Shown here: one piece after another, positions 1 through 10,217 of the stretch
Position numbering within the stretch: position 1 is the first letter of the stretch
How the letters are laid out: the number at the start of each line of letters is the position of its first letter
Assembly: GCA_003157745.1 (NCBI GenBank)
Contig: PMKM01000242.1
Location: 67,375-131,374, forward strand
Reading direction: 5' to 3'
Length of the DNA stretch: 64,000 bases
Source of the DNA: Bryobacterales bacterium
GTDB lineage: Bacteria > Acidobacteriota > Terriglobia > Bryobacterales > Bryobacteraceae
Translations under genes and position numbers: made by a program
Notes under the pieces: model-generated
The model's database searches: none
What the model saw: only the letters and a program-made list of their open reading frames with translations
What the model was told of the DNA's origin: nothing

Positions 1-2472
1 GGCAACTACGACGCCGTGATCGTGTCCCACCGCTCATTCGAACTGCTGCCGGTCTCCGATGAGCACCTCAACCGCTTCGTCGATAAGCAGCTCGCCGAAC
101 TCGACACCGAGATCAGCGAAGCGAAGGACTCGCCCGGCGACAGCCGCCGCATCGTCAAGGAACTGGAGAAAGCCAAGAAGCGCCTGGCCGTCCGGCTGAA
201 GAAGCGCGCCAATACCGATGCGAAAGACAAGACGCTCACCTTCGAGGAACTGGGCGTCGATCAGCTCTTCGTGGACGAAGCCGACCTCTACAAAAACCTG
301 GGCTATGCGACGAAGATGACCCGCATCGCCGGGCTGCCGAACTCCGACAGCAATCGCGCATTCGACATGTTCCTCAAGACCCGCTATCTCCAGGAGCGCA
401 GCGGGGGGCGCGGCGTTGTGTTCGCCACCGGCACGCCAATCTCGAACACGCTGGCCGAGATGTACACTATGCTTCGCTTCCTCGCGCCGGACATGCTGGC
501 CGAACGCAAGGTGGAACACTTCGATTCCTGGGCGGCGAACTTCGCCGAGTCCGTCACCTCGCTCGAACTCGCGCCGGACGGCGCTGGCTACCGCATGCAC
601 ACGCGGTTCGCCAAGTTCATCAACCTGCCCGAACTGCTGACCGTCTTCCGCAGCGTCGGTGACGTGCAGACGGCCGACATGCTCAAACTGCCGCGCCCGG
701 AATTGGAGAACGGCAAGCCGACTATCGTGGCTGCACCCGCCAGCCACGAGTTGAAGGCGTTCATCGCGACACTTACGGAGCGCGCTGAGAAGCTGAAGAA
801 AGAGCGTGTCGATCCGTCCGTGGACAACATGCTCAAGATCACTGGTGAGGGCCGGAAAGCCGCGCTCGACATGCGCCTGGTCGATCCCTACGCCGTCCTC
901 ACTACCGAAACCAAGATCGACTTGGCGGTCTCGCGCATATTCGGCGTCTGGCAGAGCACCAAGGACAAGCGGTCCACCCAACTCGTCTTCAGCGATCTTT
1001 CGACGCCCGATCCCGAGCGGTTCAACGTCTACGACGAGATCCGCTCGAAGCTCGTCAAGGCCGGTGTTCCTGCCGGAGAGATTGCCTTCATCCATGACGC
1101 AACTACCGATGCCGCGAAGAAGTTGCTCTTCGACGCCGTAAACGCCGGCCGCGTGCGCGTGCTGATCGGTTCGACGGAGAAGATGGGTGCCGGTACGAAC
1201 GTCCAACGCCGCCTCGTAGCTCTCCATCACCTGGACGCTCCATGGCGGCCCCGCGACATCGAACAGCGCGAAGGCCGCATTCTCCGGCAGGGTAACACCA
1301 ACAGCGCCGTCCAGATCTACCGTTACGTCACGGAGGGCTCCTTCGACGCCTACATGTGGCAGACGCTCGAAACCAAGGCCCGATTCATCCACCAGGTGAT
1401 GCGGGGAGAAACCTCGGTCCGCGCCGCCGAGGATCTCGAAGGCGGCGCGCTCACCTACGCCGAGATCAAGGCCATCGCCTCCGGCAATCCGGCAGTGGTT
1501 GAGAAGATCAAGATCGACACGGAGATCCGGAAGCTCGACCAACTGCGGACGGTTCACGCCAACGAGCAGCGCCGCATCCGCTGGGAGCTTCGCGACCTCC
1601 CGCGCCAGATCACCGAGGCAAAGGAGCAACTCGCGCAGTTCGAAGCCGACATCACCCGCCGCAATGCGAACGACCCCGGCGAGTTCATCATGACCGTTGG
1701 CAAGCGCACCTTCTCTGGGAAGGGCGCTCGTGAAGACGCCGCCAACGCATTGACCGCGGCAGTTCTCTCCTGGGGTAACGACCAAGCTCTGGAACCCCGT
1801 GCCTCCTTTCGCGGCTTCGAGATTCTGAGCCGCGGCAAGGGTGCTGGTGATTCACGCGTCCCGGACATCTTCGCGCGAGGCGCCGCAACGTACTCCGCAA
1901 ATCTGAACGCAACCAACCCCGTCGGCACCATCCAGAGCATCGAACATGCTCTGCGTAATATCGACAAACTTGTTGTGGACCAGGGTGCCCGCATCGCGCG
2001 CACAGAGAAGGCGCTCGGCGATTACCAGTCCCAGGTAGATCGCCCATTCGAACACGAGGAGCGCCTTCAACAACTGCTTGCCCGCCAAGCCGAGATCAAT
2101 GCGTTATTGGATCTCGACAAGGGCGACCAGCAGGGAATACCTCAGGAAGAAGCGGCGGCCGAACGACAGACTCCCTCAGCATCGGACAGTCGCGCGCATG
2201 TAGCCAAGGTAGCAGCGGAACAAATGCGTGCCTCGGACACCGCCATTCGGGAACTGCCGATCACCGAGCGTCCCGTACCTGCGAATGGGCAAATCACTGG
2301 CAAGGTCGTCGCCTTGGATGACGCCCACATTGCCTTTGCCACAGCGCCCAATAGCTTTGTCGTCGTCCATGCTGAATCGCTGGGCAAGAATGTGCAAGTC
2401 GGCGAGAGGCTTTCTGTCCGCTTCTCCCAAGGGCGTGCGACCGTCGATGCTGGCCGCAGTCGAGGCCGCTAA
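1..2472 (+). CDS. SF2 helicase, C-terminal ~820 aa of a larger protein whose 5' end lies left of the window. It is probably the giant methylase/helicase type found on conjugative elements.
   Basis: The frame-1 ORF is open to position 1. Helicase motifs seen: FVDEADLYKN (II), ATGTPISN (III), GSTEKMGAGTNVQ (V), HLDAPWRPRDIEQREGRILRQGN (VI). The link to a conjugative-element methylase-helicase fusion is inference from context. Confidence 0.8.
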   Translation, partial: GNYDAVIVSHRSFELLPVSDEHLNRFVDKQLAELDTEISEAKDSPGDSRRIVKELEKAKKRLAVRLKKRANTDAKDKTLTFEELGVDQLFVDEADLYKNLGYATKMTRIAGLPNSDSNRAFDMFLKTRYLQERSGGRGVVFATGTPISNTLAEMYTMLRFLAPDMLAERKVEHFDSWAANFAESVTSLELAPDGAGYRMHTRFAKFINLPELLTVFRSVGDVQTADMLKLPRPELENGKPTIVAAPASHELKAFIATLTERAEKLKKERVDPSVDNMLKITGEGRKAALDMRLVDPYAVLTTETKIDLAVSRIFGVWQSTKDKRSTQLVFSDLSTPDPERFNVYDEIRSKLVKAGVPAGEIAFIHDATTDAAKKLLFDAVNAGRVRVLIGSTEKMGAGTNVQRRLVALHHLDAPWRPRDIEQREGRILRQGNTNSAVQIYRYVTEGSFDAYMWQTLETKARFIHQVMRGETSVRAAEDLEGGALTYAEIKAIASGNPAVVEKIKIDTEIRKLDQLRTVHANEQRRIRWELRDLPRQITEAKEQLAQFEADITRRNANDPGEFIMTVGKRTFSGKGAREDAANALTAAVLSWGNDQALEPRASFRGFEILSRGKGAGDSRVPDIFARGAATYSANLNATNPVGTIQSIEHALRNIDKLVVDQGARIARTEKALGDYQSQVDRPFEHEERLQQLLARQAEINALLDLDKGDQQGIPQEEAAAERQTPSASDSRAHVAKVAAEQMRASDTAIRELPITERPVPANGQITGKVVALDDAHIAFATAPNSFVVVHAESLGKNVQVGERLSVRFSQGRATVDAGRSRGR

Positions 2473-2493
2473 CCAGCGCGACCCGCGTCGGGA

Positions 2494-5400
2494 TTAGTCG
2501 GCGCGCCTGTTGACGTTCAACTCGACGAGAGGCCGACGACTCATGCGAAGAAGCACGCTTTGGAACCAACCCAGAAAGAGGCTCGCGCCCAAAAACAGGG
2601 CGAAGAGCACGACTCCCACTTGTACGGCCTCGGGTGCGGCGGCGAAGGCCTCGGCCGGGACCGTGAAGATCCGGAACGGCCGGCGTCGGGACTTCTGCGA
2701 AGACGCTGGCTGGGCGGCAGATGGCTGGCGCACTGGCTTTTGCAGAGCGCGGTCGAACCTGGCCTGGAACTCGCGAGCGGCGCTCGCCTCACCGTCTTGG
2801 CGGGCCTGCGTCGCCACGTAGCGCTGCAGGGCGCGATTGCCGCAGGTGTTGGCGGAGCAGCCGACGCCGCTCTTGAGGACGCTCTGCATATACTCGCGGA
2901 CCAGAACCTGGCGTTCAGCAGAGGTGAAACGGTAGCTGCCCTGCCGGTCGACTTCGAGGAGGCGGGCAAGCAGGTATTGCCGGGCGTGCGGGTTCTCTTT
3001 GTTGAAGAACTCCTTGAGGCCGAGGTTGTTGCGGTCCCGGACGTAGACGTCGTAGTTCTCCTGCCAGATGGAGCCGTCCACCTTCTCCGGCGTCGTCGCC
3101 TGCCAGCCGTAGATGTTTTCCATGTGGTCGGCCATCTCGCGGGCGCCTGCGTAGCCGGAGCGCTGCATCTCGCGAATCCACTTGGGATTCCATACTCGCC
3201 CTCGCAGTTCGGCGGAGAGCGTCTGGCGGAAGTCCTCCAGGCGCTCCTTGCCAGCGCGGCGCAGGTTGGCGACGTAGAGTTCCGGGGCCTTGCCGCCGTT
3301 CACGCTCTTTGTGGCCGCGTTGAGACCGCCGGCGAAGTCGAAGAAGTCGTCGTTATCGAGCACGCCATAGAGGTTTGTGGCGCGCGAGTGCACGATGGCC
3401 TGGTTGCCTTCGAGTTGCGTGGCGAGCGCGTGCGGCGCTGTTTCTCCCCAGCCCTCGGCCGTATAGGCGTGGTTGTTGTGGCGAAGATAGGCCTCGGCCA
3501 CCGCGCCCGGCTTCTGTGCGTCCTTGCTCTGCTTGGCGAGGTTGGCGACACCCCCGCCGTAGTCACCAGGCGCTGGGCCGAAGACTCGCGCCGTCGCTGA
3601 CCAGACCGCCTGTTCCTCGGTGAGGCCGTGCTTTCGTAGCTCTTCAATCGCCCGCTTTGTGTTGCGGCTGAGGACGTTGTCGCCGGCTTGCTGAACCAGG
3701 CGCGAAGCGCGGTCGAGCAGGAGTGCTTTGTCCGGAAAGCCGTCGCGGTAGATGCCAGCAATCGTGATAACGACATCCACGCGCGGGCGGCCCAGTTCGG
3801 CCTCCGGGATGAGGCGAAGGTCATCGACTACGCCCCGCGCATTCCAGCGCGGCTCCACACCCATCAGTTGCAGGGCCTGGCATTCGAGCGCACCCTGGTG
3901 ACGGATGGTCTCGCCGTACCACAGCACCATGCTGATCTTCTTCGCATCTTCGCCGGTCTGCTGGCGGACCCGTGCGAGCAGATCATCCGCCAGCTTGCGC
4001 CCGAGAGCGCACGCGGCCTTGGTCGGGATGAGCGACGGGTCGAAGTCGTGCAGGTCTCTTCCGCTCGGCAGGGACGCGGGCGAGCGGAGCGGATCGCCCG
4101 AAGGGCCGCTTGGCAGATACTCGCCACGCAGAACCTGGACGGTTGAGTCCAGTTCCCTCGCGGGCGACTCCCGCAGGTTTTCCAGCCATGCCCGTCCGGC
4201 CTCGAGTTGCGCGGTGAACTTCGGATCTGCGATCGGCATGCGACCATCCGCGAGCGCCGAGGCCCACTCCGCATAGGGCGCATCGGGCAGGCCGATACCG
4301 CTCCGCAGGAACTCGGTCAGAGCCTCGATCTGCGATTCCGCACGAGGCATGGCGCCGAACGTATGCACGCCGAGCGGAATGGCGGACGACTCGGCCTCAT
4401 CCAGGTATTCGGAAACCCTCTCGTCCCAGCCGGGCTTGTCGAGATCGATTCCCAACTGCGCGTCCAGTTTCAGGCGGCGGATCTCGGCGCGCGCTGCGGC
4501 TTCGTACTGCGCGGCCAGTTCCGGCGCCTCCGCTTTGGTCTTCGCGTATTGCTCCAGGGCTTCGCGCAATGGCCGCAATTCCTGCTGTGCGCCTCCGGGC
4601 GCAAGCAGTGGCGTCAGATGGCTGAGGATCGTTGCCGAACCTCGCCGTCGTGCGGTCATGGACTCGCCACCGCCATCGATGATGTAGACGTAGGGCAGCG
4701 GGACATCACCGAGGATGGCCTCCGCGGCATCGGTACCCGCCTGGCCGGTGTTTTTGCCCGGCAGGAACTCATGCGTCCCATGGCGTCCGATGTGAACGAT
4801 GGCGTCGGCGCGAAACTGTTCGCGCAACCAGAGATAGGCTGCCACGTAAGAATGCGGCGGCGGCAGCGTGGTGTCGTGCTGCGACTCCGCAGCCTTCGCA
4901 AAGCTCGAACGCAACGGCTGCGGACCGAGGAACACGTTTCCCAGTCGCACGCCCGGCACGACGAAGAATGGCTTGCCGTCGCGCGAGCGGATCGTCATGA
5001 GCGTGCTCTTCTCGGGCGGCCCCCAGGCGCGCTCCACGGCGCGGCGGAACTCCTCCGGCAGTTGCTTGGCCCACTGGCGGTACTGCGCCATCGAAACCAA
5101 CGTGATCTGGCCGGATTTGACCATCGACTCCAGTTCTCCTGGCGCCCACTCTTCGATATTCCGCCCCGAGCGTTGCAGCATCTGCAACAGCGCAGACTGG
5201 TCCGGAGCGTTCGCGCCGGTGCGGTAGCCCTCGGCTTCGAGGCGATGCACAATGGCGGCCAGCGTACCCGGCACGTTCAGATAGCTGGCCGAGATGTTCC
5301 CCTTGCCCGGCGGGTTGTTGTAGTAGAGGAGCGCGACGTGCTTCTCCAGGTTGGGCGTTTTGCGTAGTTGAATCCAGCGCGCGACGCGGGCCACAGCGCG

Positions 5401-6390
5401 CTCGATTCGCTCGTCGATGGGGACGCTGACGACCGTCTTCCCATCCGCGCTTCGCTCGGTTGCGGCGAAGGTGATCGGCTCGGTTGCGCCCGCTCGCTCC
5501 GGTGCGGAGACCTGCAGCGCCAGTTGATCCGTACGCACGCCGTGCGGCGACGCCAGCCATTCGGCGCGCGTCTGCTTCGTTGTCATGAGGTCAACGACGT
5601 GTACATTCAGACGCGCGAGGAACTCCGCATCATCGGGCTTCGCGAACCCGAGGTTCAGCGCGAACAGTGCGTCCACGGCTGCGCCCGACGGGCCGGTAAG
5701 CAATGGTTCGCAAAGAGTCGGTGGCCAGCCGAAGACGGCAACCGCGCCCAAGCCGTGCTTCTCCAGCGCGGCAATGAGCGCGTCGATATGCGCCATGTCA
5801 TGGTTCTTGAGGTTGGTGTGGTAGAAGAGAATGCCGACACGCGGTGCGCCCTTCGGCACCAGGTTCTGCGCGTCGTACCATCCCGTGTACGCTTCGAGAG
5901 ACGCAAACGGCGCAGGGGCGCGGGGATGGTAGATGCCGGTCACGATTTGGCGTTCGGGCGCCTCCATCGCCACGCCGGAGAGAAACGCCAGCAGCCGCGC
6001 CATGTTCTCGGCTCCGCCGTAGTTCCAATACTCGACGGCCGCTTGCAGGCGCGCGCTATCCTGCTTGAGCCCCCAGTGCCGCTCCGCGCTCTCGGGCCAG
6101 TGGCCCAGCACCTTCACGCCGCGGGCGATGAGCGGTCGCATGCGCGGCGCCAGTGCGCGCGCCTCTTCGGAGTGCATGCTGTAGGCGAAGACAACGTCGG
6201 CCTGGTCGAGGTCCGCGGGCGGTGCTGTGGCGTCGCCGTAGGAGAGGACGATCTTGTCGCGACCCCAGCGCGCTTCAAAGACCTTCAGCGCTTCCGGCAG
6301 CGTCTGGCTCAGACGCGTCAGGATCACGATGCGCACGGGGGCCGCCTGCAACGAGCAGGCGGCCAGAATCAGCAGGAGCAATCTCCGCAT
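2494..6390 (-). CDS. CobN/Mg-chelatase-family large subunit-like protein, exported, with a C-terminal membrane anchor (HmuS-like context)
   Basis: 1298 aa. CobN/ChlH-type motifs are present: HIGRHGTHEFLPGK, YVYIIDGGGES, LWYGETIRHQG. The N-terminus MRRLLLLILAACSLQAAP looks like a signal peptide, and the C-terminal VGVVLFALFLGASLFLGWF looks like a TM helix. The ATG at 6390 abuts the stop of the upstream receptor gene. Confidence 0.85.
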   Translation of the reverse strand: MRRLLLLILAACSLQAAPVRIVILTRLSQTLPEALKVFEARWGRDKIVLSYGDATAPPADLDQADVVFAYSMHSEEARALAPRMRPLIARGVKVLGHWPESAERHWGLKQDSARLQAAVEYWNYGGAENMARLLAFLSGVAMEAPERQIVTGIYHPRAPAPFASLEAYTGWYDAQNLVPKGAPRVGILFYHTNLKNHDMAHIDALIAALEKHGLGAVAVFGWPPTLCEPLLTGPSGAAVDALFALNLGFAKPDDAEFLARLNVHVVDLMTTKQTRAEWLASPHGVRTDQLALQVSAPERAGATEPITFAATERSADGKTVVSVPIDERIERAVARVARWIQLRKTPNLEKHVALLYYNNPPGKGNISASYLNVPGTLAAIVHRLEAEGYRTGANAPDQSALLQMLQRSGRNIEEWAPGELESMVKSGQITLVSMAQYRQWAKQLPEEFRRAVERAWGPPEKSTLMTIRSRDGKPFFVVPGVRLGNVFLGPQPLRSSFAKAAESQHDTTLPPPHSYVAAYLWLREQFRADAIVHIGRHGTHEFLPGKNTGQAGTDAAEAILGDVPLPYVYIIDGGGESMTARRRGSATILSHLTPLLAPGGAQQELRPLREALEQYAKTKAEAPELAAQYEAAARAEIRRLKLDAQLGIDLDKPGWDERVSEYLDEAESSAIPLGVHTFGAMPRAESQIEALTEFLRSGIGLPDAPYAEWASALADGRMPIADPKFTAQLEAGRAWLENLRESPARELDSTVQVLRGEYLPSGPSGDPLRSPASLPSGRDLHDFDPSLIPTKAACALGRKLADDLLARVRQQTGEDAKKISMVLWYGETIRHQGALECQALQLMGVEPRWNARGVVDDLRLIPEAELGRPRVDVVITIAGIYRDGFPDKALLLDRASRLVQQAGDNVLSRNTKRAIEELRKHGLTEEQAVWSATARVFGPAPGDYGGGVANLAKQSKDAQKPGAVAEAYLRHNNHAYTAEGWGETAPHALATQLEGNQAIVHSRATNLYGVLDNDDFFDFAGGLNAATKSVNGGKAPELYVANLRRAGKERLEDFRQTLSAELRGRVWNPKWIREMQRSGYAGAREMADHMENIYGWQATTPEKVDGSIWQENYDVYVRDRNNLGLKEFFNKENPHARQYLLARLLEVDRQGSYRFTSAERQVLVREYMQSVLKSGVGCSANTCGNRALQRYVATQARQDGEASAAREFQARFDRALQKPVRQPSAAQPASSQKSRRRPFRIFTVPAEAFAAAPEAVQVGVVLFALFLGASLFLGWFQSVLLRMSRRPLVELNVNRRAD

Positions 6391-8655
6391 TTAGAGGCGG
6401 ATCCTCAGCCGCACAGAAGCGAGTCTGCCGGGCGAGGGATAGTAGCTGTAGTAAACGCGATTGAGTAAGTTCTCCGCGCTGGCTTCTACCGTCAGGTGTC
6501 GCCCCACGGGAACGCTCAGGCCGGCATCGAGTGAGAAGAACGGATCATAGGCGCCATAGACGCCCTTGGTCGTATCGGTGTTTAGGTCCGCGCTGAACAT
6601 GCGCGAGACGTAGCGGCCGGTCAGTGAGCCGCTGGCCTTGTGGAAGAACGCAAATAAAGAACCGCTCGTCACGTGGGCCGGCACGAACGGGACGCGTTTG
6701 CCCACGGTGTCCGGCACCGCCGGATTCTTGGTGATCTTCGCGTCGTTCCAGGTGTAGCTGGAGACGGCATAGAGCCACGTGCGCAGCGGCACGCGGGCGC
6801 TGGCTTCCAAGCCGTTGGTGCGTCCCTCGCCCGCGTTGATGACGGGCCGGTAGTTGCCCGTCGCGTCCACGCTGTAGTCGGTCGTGCGGTAAATCAGATT
6901 CGAGGTTCTGTTTTGAAAGAACGCCGCATCGACTTCCAATCGCTTCGCCCAGCGCCGGCTCACACCAGCCTCGAAGGCCAGCAGCCGTTCCGGCTGCAGA
7001 TTGGGATTGGCGGCGTAGATGATGCCGGACGAACTCTTCCAGGTGCGGTACAGATCGTAAACCGTCGGACTGCGGAACGCGTTGCCCACGCTGCCGCGAA
7101 ACGCCAGGCCAAGCGGACCGCTCCAAAGCGCGGCGGCTTTGGCCGAACCGCTGTGGTTGGAACGGCTGTTCACGTCGGTGGCGGAAGCGCCCGTGCCGTA
7201 GCCGCCGTCGTAGGTTTTCCAGTAGTCGTAGCGCGCGCCGCCGGTCAGGCTGAGCCGTTCCGCGATGCGCCATTGGTCCTGAATGTAGGCACCTTCGTTG
7301 AACGCCTGGCCTTGAGAAGCACCGGTGACGACAGCCGAGTCCTGCCGCCGCGTCCAATTCGGTACTGTCGTTTCCTGAAGCTTGCTCTGGTCCTGCCGCA
7401 AATCCGTTCCGAACGTTATGTGGTGCCGGGAGGTCGCACGCTGCGAGTATTGCGCATTGCCGAACCACGATTCGTAGGGCCGGTCGCTGATCACGCCAGT
7501 TCCGCTCGTGATGGTCGCGCCGGTGCCGGGCGTGGAGTAGTAATTCAGCGGCGAACGTGTCCGCCCGCCGCCTACCTGCAGGATGCCGCCGTTGGCGAAC
7601 TCGTGATGGATTCGCCCGGAGAGCATCCAATAGGTCGTCTTGCCATCGCCGGGCAGGAAGAGGCTCGGCGTCACGCTGAAACGCCGCAGGCTGCCGTTCC
7701 AGTTGAACGAGGCCGTTCCGGAATCGAAGGGCGCGCCGGCGGCCGTCTGCAAGAAACTCTGGTATCCGTCGTAGCCATAGCCCGACCATTGCCGCTGGAA
7801 TTGCAGGTAGGCTACCGTGTGCCGGCCGAACGTGTAGTCGCCTCGGGCGCGCACGCTGTGCTGATTCCACCAGTTGTCTCCGGCCTGGCCCAGGATGAAT
7901 GTCCGAGTGCCGGTCGTGGTGAGCGTCGGGATCGCGCCCGTCACCGCCGTGCCGCCCGAAGCCGCAGTGCCTGCGCTGGTCACGTACTGAGACGGGAATC
8001 CGCCAGTCTGCATCCGGTCGTAAGCAAGGCTGAGGCCCAGGCGGTCGCCGAAACGGTCCGCGATGCGGCCTCCGTAGCGCGTCGTGTCCTGATTGCCAAA
8101 CTGCCCGTAGATCTCCGCCTGGCGCTTCGTCACTGGCTTGGTGAGGATGTTGACCACGCCGCCCATGGCGTTTCCACCGTACAGGGACGAGAAGCTGCCA
8201 CGCACGACTTCGACCCGCTCGACCTCCTGAATCGGGAGCGTGGTCCAGTTCACCTGGCCGGTATAGGAATCGTTCACCGGCTGCCCGTCCACCAGGACCA
8301 GAACTCGGGACTGCGCCGACCCGCGCCCGGAGAAGCCGCGCATGCCGATGCCGGCGTTGGTGTCCTGGGCGCCCTTGCCACGAAACGCCAGAATCCCCGG
8401 CGCTGTGTTGATCGCCTGGTCCAACAACTGAACCTGTCGCGCGGTGATTTCCTCGCTGGTTGCCGAGGAGACGGAGACGGGTGCTTTCTCCGTTTCTAAT
8501 TCTCCACGTGTGGCGGTTACGGTGATGCTCTGTTTCAGAACGAACGGCGACGCCTGGTCAGGCGGCGGCTTGGGCTGCGTCTTCTGCGCAGTGCCGGCTT
8601 CTGGTTCCTGTGCCAGCAAGGGAGCAACGATGAGAAGGAGTATGAGTTTGCGCAT
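6391..8655 (-). CDS. TonB-dependent outer-membrane receptor
   Basis: Signal peptide MRKLILLLIVAPLLAQEP. Plug-domain motifs: ITVTATRGE, VLVDGQPVND, RVEVVRGSFSSLYGGNAMGGVVNILTK. A long beta-barrel-type Y/G/S/T-rich body follows. The start is taken at the internal ATG (8655) rather than the ORF limit 8721. Confidence 0.9.
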   Translation of the reverse strand: MRKLILLLIVAPLLAQEPEAGTAQKTQPKPPPDQASPFVLKQSITVTATRGELETEKAPVSVSSATSEEITARQVQLLDQAINTAPGILAFRGKGAQDTNAGIGMRGFSGRGSAQSRVLVLVDGQPVNDSYTGQVNWTTLPIQEVERVEVVRGSFSSLYGGNAMGGVVNILTKPVTKRQAEIYGQFGNQDTTRYGGRIADRFGDRLGLSLAYDRMQTGGFPSQYVTSAGTAASGGTAVTGAIPTLTTTGTRTFILGQAGDNWWNQHSVRARGDYTFGRHTVAYLQFQRQWSGYGYDGYQSFLQTAAGAPFDSGTASFNWNGSLRRFSVTPSLFLPGDGKTTYWMLSGRIHHEFANGGILQVGGGRTRSPLNYYSTPGTGATITSGTGVISDRPYESWFGNAQYSQRATSRHHITFGTDLRQDQSKLQETTVPNWTRRQDSAVVTGASQGQAFNEGAYIQDQWRIAERLSLTGGARYDYWKTYDGGYGTGASATDVNSRSNHSGSAKAAALWSGPLGLAFRGSVGNAFRSPTVYDLYRTWKSSSGIIYAANPNLQPERLLAFEAGVSRRWAKRLEVDAAFFQNRTSNLIYRTTDYSVDATGNYRPVINAGEGRTNGLEASARVPLRTWLYAVSSYTWNDAKITKNPAVPDTVGKRVPFVPAHVTSGSLFAFFHKASGSLTGRYVSRMFSADLNTDTTKGVYGAYDPFFSLDAGLSVPVGRHLTVEASAENLLNRVYYSYYPSPGRLASVRLRIRL

Positions 8656-8792
8656 GGTCTCGCCGAGCTTGGCAAATCGCTCGTAAGTTGCAGCGTAGCA
8701 CCAATTGGAAAATCGTAGCAAGCAACCCTCGGGAGCCAGGACTTGTGTCCGGGCTTGCCAGCCCAGGATGTCGGCGAATGTCTATGCGGCCG

Positions 8793-10217
8793 TCATCTGC
8801 TTCGCTTCTGTTCACTGCGGGTGTGCCGGCTCAGAGGCGTCTCTGTGCGGATCTGGGCCACGGTGGATGAATACTTCCCAAGCCAGCCGGACCAGGGCCC
8901 TCCGGCCTGCGCTGGGAGGCCCGATCCCGCCGCGATGTGGTCGCGAAGACGGCTCCTGTTCTTGAGGAGTCGGTCCGCGTCGCCCATGTCGGTCGTCTCG
9001 ACAACTGGACGCCCGTCGTCGCCGAACATGCGCTGAAAGCGCACGAACGAGTTGGCTCGAAGCTTTCCCTGGCTCCGCGCGGCGGCTATCTCAGGCGTGT
9101 GATAGATGAAGTGGACCTGAGCGTCGGTCCCCTCCAGCAGCATGTATTGGCGGCCGGAATCCTCTTCGCCGTGGGTCAGCACCCGCCCTTCAATCACCGA
9201 TAGCTTCCGCGGGTTTGTGACCACCAAGGGAAGACGGTCGTCTGAAAGAAGCGCCCCGTGTGCCTGAAGGATTCGCTGACGATCCTGCGCCTGTTGCATG
9301 GCCCGGAGAACGGCGGCGAAGTCGCGACGGATTTGCCATTCGTCGCCGCTGACAGGCTCCGCCAGGCCCATCTTGTGAAGCTGAACCAGCCTGGCACGGA
9401 CGTGCTGTTCCTGCGCCTGGATTGCCGACGGGGCATTCCGGCTGATAGCGTTAACCATGATCGAAAAGGTGCCTCCAGTGGCCCCCACATCCGTGGACTG
9501 GCCTACCCTGCCGATCAGACGGTCCAGCGAAGTGAGCCGTTGTTCGGCCACCTCTCGCCTCTCGGCTTCAATCGCGTCCCGTTCGGTGCGATATCCAAGT
9601 TGCGCCGTACAAAGATCCTCCGCTGCGTTACGGATGCCCACCTTGATGTACTCGCGATCCAGGCGCAGTTCGCGACCATCGGCCTTTCCACGAAGGGCCA
9701 CATGAACATGCGGATGCTCTGTGTTGAAGTGCGCCACCGCGCACCACTCCAGTTTCCGCGAGAGTTCGGTCTCCATCCTGCGCATCGTCTCGCGTGTCAG
9801 CCGGGTCAGGTCCACGCGGTCCCCGAACTCCGGTGACAGGATCAACTTGAACACCCGCTCGTCACCCGCAGACTGCCACTCGTCGAGCCGGTCGGCAACG
9901 TCAACGGTCTCCTCTGTTGCGGTGAACCCCGGCTCCACTTCGGGCGTCCGGACTGCACTGTCACGAGATATGTACTTACCGTGCGCCCTCCACTGGCCGC
10001 CGATCCGATTCGGGGAGTAGGTCACCCGAACGGCGCAACGCTGGCGGCGCGGCCTTGGCGACCGCACGCCCCGAACCGCGCCCGCAGCAAGGCGGCGCGA
10101 CATTCGCGAGTAGTGCATCACCTTCTTGAAGGCCGACGACCACGCGGGTCCGCCGCCTCCCCGTCGAACCCTCGGCTTAGGCGGCCGAAGCCTGAACTCG
10201 CGTTCATCGCTTGCCAT
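8793..10217 (-). CDS. Conjugative relaxase (MobA/VirD2-type nuclease domain with a long C-terminal extension)
   Basis: Histidine-triad motif AHFNTEHPHVHVALRG. It overlaps the upstream RHH gene by 14 nt and lies next to the oriT-like repeat region and the traK/L-like genes. Confidence 0.85.
   Translation of the reverse strand: MASDEREFRLRPPKPRVRRGGGGPAWSSAFKKVMHYSRMSRRLAAGAVRGVRSPRPRRQRCAVRVTYSPNRIGGQWRAHGKYISRDSAVRTPEVEPGFTATEETVDVADRLDEWQSAGDERVFKLILSPEFGDRVDLTRLTRETMRRMETELSRKLEWCAVAHFNTEHPHVHVALRGKADGRELRLDREYIKVGIRNAAEDLCTAQLGYRTERDAIEAERREVAEQRLTSLDRLIGRVGQSTDVGATGGTFSIMVNAISRNAPSAIQAQEQHVRARLVQLHKMGLAEPVSGDEWQIRRDFAAVLRAMQQAQDRQRILQAHGALLSDDRLPLVVTNPRKLSVIEGRVLTHGEEDSGRQYMLLEGTDAQVHFIYHTPEIAAARSQGKLRANSFVRFQRMFGDDGRPVVETTDMGDADRLLKNRSRLRDHIAAGSGLPAQAGGPWSGWLGKYSSTVAQIRTETPLSRHTRSEQKRSR

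Noticed and set aside
34-1785. Long antisense or alternative-frame ORFs across the window. Examples: 34-1785 (-), 2560-3600 (+), 4207-5367 (+), 6673-8499 (+), 19049-20044 (-), 28135-29343 (-), 59578-60462 (+), 61955-63196 (-).
   Set aside because: They lie wholly inside genes that have strong family motifs on the other strand or frame. Their translations are Arg/Gly/Ala/Pro-rich with no motifs, as expected for stop-poor shadow frames in high-GC DNA.
8656-8792. Cobalamin or other riboswitch in the 5' leader of the TonB-receptor/CobN-like operon
   Set aside because: The leader is only ~137 nt. I could not find a B12-box-like element on the transcribed strand, only a short GGGCT-loop-AGCCC hairpin.
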